Below the pieces are notes generated by a model. The model saw only the letters and a list, made by a program, of their open reading frames with translations. It made no database searches and was not told where the DNA came from. 64,000 bases of DNA from Candidatus Avimuribaculum pullicola. Its GTDB lineage: Bacteria > Bacteroidota > Bacteroidia > Bacteroidales > Muribaculaceae. The stretch's first letter is position 1; each line of letters opens with the position of its first letter. A program made the translations under genes and the position numbers. Where the stretch lies: positions 10,576 through 74,575 of the forward strand of contig DVKC01000025.1 of the NCBI GenBank assembly GCA_018716295.1. The letters run 5' to 3'. Shown in pieces: positions 34,003-40,979 of the stretch.

Positions 34003-34010
34003 CAAAAATA
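34003..34010 (-). promoter_or_regulatory. Bacteroidetes -7 box (TATTTTTG on minus strand)
   Basis: Perfect match 26 nt upstream of the 5-alpha-reductase-like start. Confidence 0.45.
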
Positions 34011-34140
34011 CGAAATTAATTAAAAAGATAGTATCCCATAAAGCCGAAAACTCGGCATGTCTGTTTTATGGACTTTGTTATACCAGTCATGATTAAGGTG
34101 AAATCATGATTGGTCGCTTGTGAGTGTGAGTTTTTTATAT

Positions 34141-34148
34141 TATATTTG
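34141..34148 (+). promoter_or_regulatory. Bacteroidetes -7 box (TATATTTG)
   Basis: Perfect match 11 nt upstream of the ATG at 34159, implying a very short leader. Preceded by two TCATGATT direct repeats at 34087 and 34104. Confidence 0.45.
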
Positions 34149-34158
34149 TAATATAATT

Positions 34159-34896
34159 ATGAAAATTATAAATCCATTTCAAGACATTGAGCATAAGGTC
34201 TATAATCGGACTTTTATGCGCGAGGCTTCCGCAGACATTGAGTATGTGGAAACATCTTTGTCTGCAAAAGCAGATGTTCTTGTAAAGTATCTTAAGGATA
34301 ATTTCAACGTTGATTTTAATCCGCAAGGTGGGTCGGAAGTTGGCACTATTGAGGTTTCTGCTAAGCAGCAGCATTTGTTATTTACCTTTTCTAAAACGCT
34401 TGCTTCTGTTAGGATAGGTGCACGTGATTATCGATCATTTGCATCAACAATGCAGCCTGGCATTGGTCGATTGGTGTCGTTTTTAAATGCTATAGGCGTA
34501 ACAGAGGTCGTCAGGGTGACTTTAAAAAAACAAAATGTGTGGGATTTGGATTCGGAGGATGTGTTTAATGCATTTAAAACTGCTATACCATATACATTTT
34601 TGGACGAAGGTATTCGGGAAGTTGCACGTCTTAATATTTCGAATAGTCCCAAACCAGTAAAAATAAGCCGCGAAGCCAATGCCGAGATTGGAGATGGCAG
34701 ATTGGTCGTAAAATTTGATGCCGAAATATTGGATGAACGGCACATTCGGTTTGTTTTGGGACTGGAAGCATTTGCCAACGATGTGAAAGTTGCAGAAATC
34801 CTTGAATCGTCATCATTGTTGAATGATATTATTTATGCGGCATTCCATGATTTGGTTACGCCTGATATAATTAAATTAATGGAAAAAGCTCAATGA
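34159..34896 (+). CDS. Hypothetical protein A of three-gene operon (245 aa, soluble)
   Basis: Long clean ORF, AT-rich codons, no TM segment. I see no catalytic motif. It faintly resembles TIGR04255-type uncharacterised proteins from memory, unverified. Confidence 0.7.
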   Translation: MKIINPFQDIEHKVYNRTFMREASADIEYVETSLSAKADVLVKYLKDNFNVDFNPQGGSEVGTIEVSAKQQHLLFTFSKTLASVRIGARDYRSFASTMQPGIGRLVSFLNAIGVTEVVRVTLKKQNVWDLDSEDVFNAFKTAIPYTFLDEGIREVARLNISNSPKPVKISREANAEIGDGRLVVKFDAEILDERHIRFVLGLEAFANDVKVAEILESSSLLNDIIYAAFHDLVTPDIIKLMEKAQ

Positions 34897-35477
34897 GTAT
34901 GATGGAATTTAATATGTCGGCTCCGATCGAAATTCCCCACAATAGAACAAAGGCATCTTATGTGCTTACTGTTGTGTCGGTTTTGTCTATGTCCTTGGGG
35001 GCATATAACATATATGCTGTAAATAATAATCCGACAAATGGCAGTGTGATTTGTGAGCAGCGTAACGGTGATACCAATGAGGTCATTCATGATGAAATTG
35101 ATGCTAATTTCAATTCGGAATTTGCATCCAAGGCAGGCATGATTGCAAGATTGGAAAATCTTTATGGTGATTTGCAACATGAAGGGTGGGATGGATATGG
35201 ATCTGCACCTTTGGAAGAAAGTTCATACAACAACACAAAAAAGTTGCTGGAGCTTCTATCAGGCTCTCAATTGAGTTTTTGGAATCTTTTCCCAAGCCCT
35301 AATGGGACATTCCTTTTGTCTGCTAAATCGGGCATAGCTTCGATAAATATTGGTAATAAAGAATTTTCGTATGCGGCGATGAAAGGAGAAATAAGGCTCA
35401 TGGGGAAAGAAACTTTTGATGCCGACCAAGCAGCTAAAGTAGTGGAACATATTCATTCTATTTTCAGGTATGGATGA
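34893..35477 (+). CDS. Hypothetical protein B (194 aa, N-terminal membrane anchor)
   Basis: Start overlaps the stop of A (ATGA). One TM helix (ASYVLTVVSVLSMSLGAYNIYAV), then a soluble domain containing GWDGYGSAPL. Confidence 0.7.
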   Translation: MSMMEFNMSAPIEIPHNRTKASYVLTVVSVLSMSLGAYNIYAVNNNPTNGSVICEQRNGDTNEVIHDEIDANFNSEFASKAGMIARLENLYGDLQHEGWDGYGSAPLEESSYNNTKKLLELLSGSQLSFWNLFPSPNGTFLLSAKSGIASINIGNKEFSYAAMKGEIRLMGKETFDADQAAKVVEHIHSIFRYG

Positions 35478-35913
35478 ATTTTCTAATTTACAAACTATTG
35501 ATGGTGAAGAAGAAATCGCCAGAATTGTTTTTTCGCCATCTATGGTTGTCGGTGGCAATGTTGCGCCATCGGCATTCTTCCTGGTAAAGTTGAGGGGCGA
35601 CAAACCCGAAGGATATCTTTCGGTTTGGCGGTTGGCATTGAAAGTCCCTAATCGCGAAAATGTGAAATTTCCCCCTCGTATTCAAGGAGATACTTTATAT
35701 GGGTATGCCGAGTTGAATGTCTGTGATTGCCACAATGCAGCTGTTGGTGAATGCCGATGTGCAGTTAAAGTAAATTTGAAATCGCCCAATCAATATCATG
35801 CTGGGATTTATTACACAAAAGGTAATGAACGTATTGTGGGAGAGTGCTATGACCCTGCATTTGTTTTGTTTGCTTCGGTTTTGGCAGGGCAGTCGGTCTT
35901 GGTGAAAATATAA
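35470..35913 (+). CDS. Hypothetical protein C (147 aa, Cys-rich)
   Basis: Start overlaps the end of B by 8 nt. Carries a CDC...GECRC...GEC cysteine pattern. No family recognised. Confidence 0.65.
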   Translation: MDEFSNLQTIDGEEEIARIVFSPSMVVGGNVAPSAFFLVKLRGDKPEGYLSVWRLALKVPNRENVKFPPRIQGDTLYGYAELNVCDCHNAAVGECRCAVKVNLKSPNQYHAGIYYTKGNERIVGECYDPAFVLFASVLAGQSVLVKI

Positions 35914-35915
35914 AT

Positions 35916-35934
35916 GGCGGCATATATTGCCGCC
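35916..35934 (+). terminator. Hairpin between the three-gene operon and tRNA-Ser
   Basis: ggcggca-tatat-tgccgcc begins 3 nt after the stop of gene C. No T-tract follows. Confidence 0.5.
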
Positions 35935-35942
35935 AAGGGTTG

Positions 35943-36030
35943 CGGAGTGAGGGGGATTCGAACCCCCGATGCGCTTTTGACGCATACACGCTTTCCAGGC
36001 GTGCCTCTTCAGCCACTCGAGCATCACTCC
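35943..36030 (-). tRNA. tRNA-Ser (anticodon GGA)
   Basis: Hand-folded from the reverse complement: acceptor GGAGTGA/TCACTCC, T-arm GGGGG-TTCGAAT-CCCCC, anticodon loop CTGGAAA, long variable arm. CCA is not encoded. Confidence 0.9.
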
Positions 36031-36064
36031 AAGCTGTAGCAGCCGCTCATTGCGAAACGGCGCA

Positions 36065-36072
36065 CAAAGATA
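36065..36072 (-). promoter_or_regulatory. Bacteroidetes -7 box (TATCTTTG on minus strand)
   Basis: Perfect match 35 nt upstream of the tRNA 5' end. Confidence 0.4.
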
Positions 36073-36142
36073 GCAACTTGCCGTGAAAAGGCAAAATTTA
36101 ATTGCTAAAAATCGCGCGGAGCACAAGCATGGCTGTATAGAG

Positions 36143-37516
36143 CTAAACAATGACGCCTTGCAGGTAGTGCATGAGCGTGCTGCTGACAGCGGTGTAGATT
36201 ACCATGCCGATGATGTCGTTGGTGATGCTAATGAACGGGCCTGTGGCAAGTGCGGGGTCGATTTTTAAACGTTCGAGCGTCAACGGTACGAGAGTGCCGA
36301 AGATTGATGCAAATATGACAACTGAGAACAGCGACACCGACACGGCTATGGTGGTGATGCGTCCCGGGTCGTCGAGGAAGAAACAGTTGTAGCAGAATAC
36401 CAGCAGCGATATGATTGAAGCGTTGATAAGTCCCACGCCGATTTCCTTGCCTATCTGCTTGGCTGCGTGCTTGATGTCGAGGCTGCCGTTGGCAAGGCCT
36501 TGCACGACGATTGCCGACGACTGGATGCCCACATTCCCGCCAGTGCCGCCGATGAGCGGGATGAACAGTGCCATGGCAGGATTGGTGGCGAAACCGTCTT
36601 CAAAGTTGTTGAGGATTACCGAGTTGACAAGTCCGCCAATCATTCCGATTAGCAGCCACGGCAGTCGGGCTTTGGTCTGGGTGAGGAGGTTGTCGTTGGT
36701 TTCCACGTCGGTAGAGATACCCGATGCCAATTGGTACTCACGTTCGCTCTGTTCGCGCACTTGATCCATGATGTCGTCAACTGTTATGCGCCCCACGAGT
36801 CGGCCGATTGAATCGACTACCGGCATTGCCACGAGGTTGTATTTCTCGAAGTCGAGAGCAACCTCCTCGATGGGGGTGTCGGCTTTGACGGCAATTGGGT
36901 CGGTAATCATCACATGCTTTATTTTCGACACCGATGGGTGCGTAATCATCTTTTTCAGCGGGAACACGCCTTTGAGCCGGTTGTCGTTGTCAACGACATA
37001 TACATAATATATCTCGTCCATGTCCTCGGCTTGCATGCGCATTTGCTTCATGCATTCGGGCATACTCCAGTTCTCGTTCACCACAATCATTTCGGTGCCC
37101 ATCAATCCGCCGGCAGTGTCGTCGTCATACTTCAGCAGGTCGATGATGTCGCCGGCCTGTTCCACGTCGTCGATGTGCGATATTACCTCGTCGCGGTCTT
37201 CCTCGTCGAGTTCTTGTATAAGGTCAACGGCATCGTCCGAGTCAAGGTGTTCCAGCTGTTTTGCGATGTCCTCGTTGGGCATCTGTGCAAGCAGTTCTTT
37301 TCGGTCGTCTTCGTCAAGTTCCATCAGCACTTCGGCTGCGGTTTCCTCGTCGAGCAACTTGTTGAGGAATTCGGCTTCGTCGGTGTCGAGGTCGTGGAAC
37401 AACTCGGCTATGTCGGCAGGGTGGAGGTCGGCGAGCAATTCGCGGGCTTTATCCACGTCGCCAGCGGCGATTATGTCTTTTACTTGCTGTAAATATTCTT
37501 CGGTGTATTCTTTCAT
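36143..37516 (-). CDS. mgtE: Magnesium transporter MgtE
   Basis: Acidic MgtE N-domain, CBS pair, and a C-terminal five-TM channel domain. ATG 37516 is preferred over the TTG at 37528. Confidence 0.9.
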   Translation of the reverse strand: MKEYTEEYLQQVKDIIAAGDVDKARELLADLHPADIAELFHDLDTDEAEFLNKLLDEETAAEVLMELDEDDRKELLAQMPNEDIAKQLEHLDSDDAVDLIQELDEEDRDEVISHIDDVEQAGDIIDLLKYDDDTAGGLMGTEMIVVNENWSMPECMKQMRMQAEDMDEIYYVYVVDNDNRLKGVFPLKKMITHPSVSKIKHVMITDPIAVKADTPIEEVALDFEKYNLVAMPVVDSIGRLVGRITVDDIMDQVREQSEREYQLASGISTDVETNDNLLTQTKARLPWLLIGMIGGLVNSVILNNFEDGFATNPAMALFIPLIGGTGGNVGIQSSAIVVQGLANGSLDIKHAAKQIGKEIGVGLINASIISLLVFCYNCFFLDDPGRITTIAVSVSLFSVVIFASIFGTLVPLTLERLKIDPALATGPFISITNDIIGMVIYTAVSSTLMHYLQGVIV

Positions 37517-37652
37517 AGTTGTTCTCAATCTTTTGTCGGCCCGCTACGCCAGTGCGGGTCATGGGTGATACAAAAAAATGGTGGTTCTCATTTCCTTGTG
37601 TTACAGCAGGGTGCATGTTTCCCCATCACGGGGGCAAGAGTCCCGGCATGTG

Positions 37653-38441
37653 TCAAGGCAGGGCGCGACTGGCGGCAACAATGCCTGTCAGTTCCACAAA
37701 TTGCTCCACTCCCAATTGCTCGGGTCGCAAGGCGAGCAATGAGGCAGCCTCGGGTGGTGGCGACGGCAGCAGCGGTTTCAGCGAGTTGCGCAGGGTCTTC
37801 CGTCGCTGTCCGAATGCGGTTTTCACGACAGTCTTAAACAATGCTTCGTCGCAGCCGAGCGATGTGGTGGAGTTGCGTGTAAGCCTGATTACGCCCGACT
37901 TTACTTTAGGCGGCGGGTCAAACACGTTTTCATCAACGGTGAATAAATATTCAATGTCGTACCATGCTTGTAATAGCACCGACAATATGCCATAGGTTTT
38001 GGACCCTGGAGGTGCGGCGATGCGTTGTGCCACCTCGCGTTGCAGCATTCCGCTACAGCATTCTACTTGGTCTTTGTAGTCGAGTACCTTGAAGAAAATT
38101 TGCGATGAAATATTGTAGGGGTAGTTGCCTATGATGCAAAACTTGTTTTTGCCGTATATGGCGTTCAGGTCAAGGCGCAGGAAGTCGTCGGCGATAATTC
38201 GGCCATCGAGCATGGGGAAATATTTGTGCAGGTAGGCAACCGATTCCCCGTCGAGTTCTACCACTTTCAGGTCGTGGCCTCCGGCAATTAAGAATTTTGT
38301 GAGTACACCCATCCCTGGACCCACCTCAAGCAGTGGCAGGGCTTTGTGCTGCGACATAGTGCCAGCAATGCGCTGGGCTACAGCCAAGTCGGTCAGGAAA
38401 TGCTGCCCGAGCGATTTTTTTGCTTTAACTTGTTGTTGCAT
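37653..38441 (-). CDS. rsmA: 16S rRNA (adenine1518/1519-N6)-dimethyltransferase
   Basis: KKSLGQHFL, VLEVGPGMG and NYPYNISS motifs. ATG 38441 is preferred to the extended track ORF. Confidence 0.9.
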   Translation of the reverse strand: MQQQVKAKKSLGQHFLTDLAVAQRIAGTMSQHKALPLLEVGPGMGVLTKFLIAGGHDLKVVELDGESVAYLHKYFPMLDGRIIADDFLRLDLNAIYGKNKFCIIGNYPYNISSQIFFKVLDYKDQVECCSGMLQREVAQRIAAPPGSKTYGILSVLLQAWYDIEYLFTVDENVFDPPPKVKSGVIRLTRNSTTSLGCDEALFKTVVKTAFGQRRKTLRNSLKPLLPSPPPEAASLLALRPEQLGVEQFVELTGIVAASRALP

Positions 38442-38633
38442 TGCCACAGTGGTTTTTATCGTTTGAAATTGTAGAAGCTGTTTATTTCCCCTGTTGGAAA
38501 AGCATAATCCAATAATTTGACGTATCTTTGCACCGCCGTACAAAGGTAATGCTCCGAAGAGAGAAAAACAAGCGATGCGGGGCATAAATCGTGCACAAAT
38601 GTCGCAAAACGACCATTTTTAGAACTATTAATC

Positions 38634-39698
38634 ATGCAGCAAGAGGTAAAGAAGATTATTTCTAATATATTTAAGTATGCCATATCGATAGCCATAGGTG
38701 GCGGGTTGTTCTATTTTTTGTACACTAACGTTGACATGGAACAGATGCGCAGTGTGTTGAAAGAGAACGTGAACTACCTGTGGTTTGTCCCGGTTGTGGT
38801 GGTGAGCATCTTCAGCCATATTTTCAGGGCTTGCCGATGGCGGTTGCAGTTGAGGGCAATAGGGGTTGATGCTCCGTTGAGTGCGCTTGTAAATTCCATT
38901 TTTGGCACATACGCTGTCAATCTCATATTCCCGAGGCTTGGCGAGGTGTGGCGTACTGGCTATATAGCCAACCGTCAAAAAGCATCGTTCACAGCTGTGC
39001 TTGGGTCGATGGTCGCCGACAGGCTTAGCGACACTGTTACCGTGCTTCTTCTGACGGTATTTACATTTTTTATTGCACGTGGGGCGTTCATGTCGTTTCT
39101 CGACACTTACCCGCAAGTCAAGGATGGGTTGTGGAACCTCATGGTGTCGCCATGGTTGTGGTGTGGTGTTGCCTTGTGTGTAGCGGCCATTGTGTGGCTG
39201 TTCACAAGCAAGACGCAGAACACGATTATTGTGAAGGTCAAGTTGATGGTTGCCAACTTGTGGGAGGGCTTTTCGGCCATTGGGCGCATGGATGGCAAGT
39301 GGCGTTTTCTGGGTTATACGGTATTGATATGGGGGTGCTACTTTTTGCAGCTCTATATTGCCACGTTTGCTTTCTCGTTTACCGACGACATAGGGCTTAA
39401 AGCCACTCTTGTGCTGTTTGTGCTTAGTAGCATCGGCATGGGTATTCCCACTAATGGGGGGCTTGGCTCGTGGCACATAGCCATCATCTTTGGTCTGTCG
39501 ATATATGGCGTGGGGCGTTTCGACCCTGCCAATTTCGACCCTCAAGCATCGGCATTTGCCATGCTCGTGTGGGGTGTGCAGACGGCATTGCTCATCGTGC
39601 TGGGCATATATTCATTTGTCTATATGGCAATTGACCGCCGCCGCATAAAGAGTGGCAGAGTGGTGGTGCGCACGAGTGGTAGTGGTATGAAATTATAA
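38634..39698 (+). CDS. Flippase-like (UPF0104 / lysylphosphatidylglycerol-synthase TM region) membrane protein
   Basis: About 8 TM helices. The general layout matches UPF0104-type proteins, assigned from memory. Confidence 0.6.
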   Translation: MQQEVKKIISNIFKYAISIAIGGGLFYFLYTNVDMEQMRSVLKENVNYLWFVPVVVVSIFSHIFRACRWRLQLRAIGVDAPLSALVNSIFGTYAVNLIFPRLGEVWRTGYIANRQKASFTAVLGSMVADRLSDTVTVLLLTVFTFFIARGAFMSFLDTYPQVKDGLWNLMVSPWLWCGVALCVAAIVWLFTSKTQNTIIVKVKLMVANLWEGFSAIGRMDGKWRFLGYTVLIWGCYFLQLYIATFAFSFTDDIGLKATLVLFVLSSIGMGIPTNGGLGSWHIAIIFGLSIYGVGRFDPANFDPQASAFAMLVWGVQTALLIVLGIYSFVYMAIDRRRIKSGRVVVRTSGSGMKL

Positions 39699-39716
39699 AC
39701 ATAAAAAATGTAAACT

Positions 39717-40244
39717 ATGCCGAGGGATAATGAATACAACGATTATTTCGATGGCGACTCGACCGAAGAAGAGGAAAGCCAGCCATCGACCGAGCATCAA
39801 CAAGATACCGACACTCCCGAGTCGCGTGACGAGCAAGAAATTGAAAGCCAGACGATAGGCAAGCGTGGCGGCAAGTTGCGCAAGGCCGTGGCCGTGTTTC
39901 TGTCGGTGGTAGTTGTGGTGGTAGTTGTGTGGGCTTATGTGGTGTACTGTGTACCATACGTGAGCGAGGCACAACAGCGAGGTACAATAGTCGAATTGCG
40001 GCGTGAAGGATATATCTTCGATACATACGAAGGGCAGATGGTCAGTGAGGAGCGTCTTGTCGATACTGTGCACATATATGAGCGAGATTTCATATTTTCG
40101 GTTGTAGATGATTCTTTGGCACATGACATTATGCAATTGAAGATGACTGGCAAGCGTGTGACGCTCACTTACAAGGAGTACCGTGGTGCATTGCCGTGGC
40201 GTGGTAATTCCACAATTATTGTCACCGATTGCAAGGTGCAGTAA
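39717..40244 (+). CDS. Hypothetical membrane-anchored protein
   Basis: Highly acidic N-terminus, a poly-Val TM helix (VVVVVVVVW), and a C-terminal globular domain. Confidence 0.6.
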   Translation: MPRDNEYNDYFDGDSTEEEESQPSTEHQQDTDTPESRDEQEIESQTIGKRGGKLRKAVAVFLSVVVVVVVVWAYVVYCVPYVSEAQQRGTIVELRREGYIFDTYEGQMVSEERLVDTVHIYERDFIFSVVDDSLAHDIMQLKMTGKRVTLTYKEYRGALPWRGNSTIIVTDCKVQ

Positions 40245-40368
40245 AAAATAGGTTGCTCGGGTGCAATATTAATGCAGCGATATACGTTATATATGCAAAT
40301 TTGCATATATTCTGCCAGCGTTGCAGGTGTAAAATTTAATACAGCCATGTTATTAAAATGAAAAACTT

Positions 40369-40578
40369 ATGAAAAGGAGATTGAAAGCAATTGGGATTAT
40401 TTTTGGTGTCACGGTATTGATTGCCGTGTTGTATTTAGGTATATCAAAATTGATTGAAATCCACGTCGCTTCGGAGATGGTGGGTGGCTCGTCGCCTAAC
40501 ACAAATGGGACCGAATCGGCGTTCCCTGTGATTTCCGATGGTCTGTTGCCCATGCTTGGCAGCGTGTGGCTTGTTTAG
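40369..40578 (+). CDS. Possible small membrane/secreted protein
   Basis: 69-aa ORF with an N-terminal hydrophobic helix. There is no other support. Confidence 0.25.
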   Translation: MKRRLKAIGIIFGVTVLIAVLYLGISKLIEIHVASEMVGGSSPNTNGTESAFPVISDGLLPMLGSVWLV

Positions 40579-40718
40579 GCTTATCTGTGCCATGCCCGTT
40601 TGTAAGCGTTTGAGTGCGGTATGTGGCTTTTTTTTGCGATATCGGGCAACACTGTTGAAAAATGAAGCCAATAAGACAAATTTCGTGTAAAAGATTTGCA
40701 TCATTGGATATTCCTGCA

Positions 40719-40726
40719 TAACTTTG
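40719..40726 (+). promoter_or_regulatory. Bacteroidetes -7 box (TAACTTTG), candidate ilv promoter
   Basis: Perfect match 29 nt upstream of the leader-ORF ATG at 40755. Confidence 0.45.
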
Positions 40727-40754
40727 CGGCATTAACAACGATATAGATGAGCTT

Positions 40755-40853
40755 ATGAACGCGTTATCTTCCATTACTGTCATTCTATCTGCAGCATTGC
40801 ACGTCGTCCTATCAATTAGCGTCGTGGCAATTGTCGTGGATATTTTGAAATAA
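40755..40853 (+). CDS. Candidate ilv leader peptide (32 aa, Ile/Leu/Val-rich)
   Basis: Hand-translated as MNALSSITVILSAALHVVLSISVVAIVVDILK*. 17 of the 32 residues are I, L or V. It lies between the promoter box and a terminator hairpin and is too short for the ORF track. Confidence 0.5.
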   Translation: MNALSSITVILSAALHVVLSISVVAIVVDILK

Positions 40854-40908
40854 GCAGTGGAGGTTACGGCACGCGTACATAGGCCTGAGTACCATAATAA
40901 ATTTATAG

Positions 40909-40958
40909 AGAACCTTTCCTCCACGAGATAGTAAGACTGGCGGAAAGGTTCTTTTATT
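40909..40958 (+). terminator. Attenuator-type intrinsic terminator upstream of ilvD
   Basis: An 11-bp stem (agaacctttcc / ggaaaggttct) followed by TTTTATT, ending 22 nt before the ilvD ATG. GTGGAGG (40857-40863) can pair with CCTCCAC (40918-40924) and overlaps the 5' stem. Confidence 0.5.
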
Positions 40959-40979
40959 CATAGTAAGATAGAATTAGAT

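Noticed and set aside
33978-36030. Classical tRNA-integrated genomic island with att direct repeats and an integrase
   Set aside because: I looked for a copy of the tRNA-Ser 3' segment (for example ggagtgagggggattcgaa) at the far side of the three-gene operon (33978-34158) and found only a weak resemblance (gtgagtgtgag). No integrase or recombinase ORF is present. Foreign origin is therefore inferred from composition and position only.
35695-36150. 151-aa minus-strand ORF spanning the tRNA-Ser gene
   Set aside because: It reads straight through a well-folding tRNA and through the 3' end of gene C on the opposite strand, so it is spurious.
38628-39545. 305-aa minus-strand ORF antisense to the flippase-like membrane protein gene
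   Set aside because: The product is His/Pro/Arg/Lys-rich and looks non-protein-like. The sense-strand ORF encodes a coherent multi-TM protein with a proper ATG.
39906-39929. 12-bp tandem duplication (gtggtagttgtg x2)
   Set aside because: It lies in-frame within a CDS and simply encodes the poly-Val stretch of a TM helix. It is too short to count as a meaningful repeat element.
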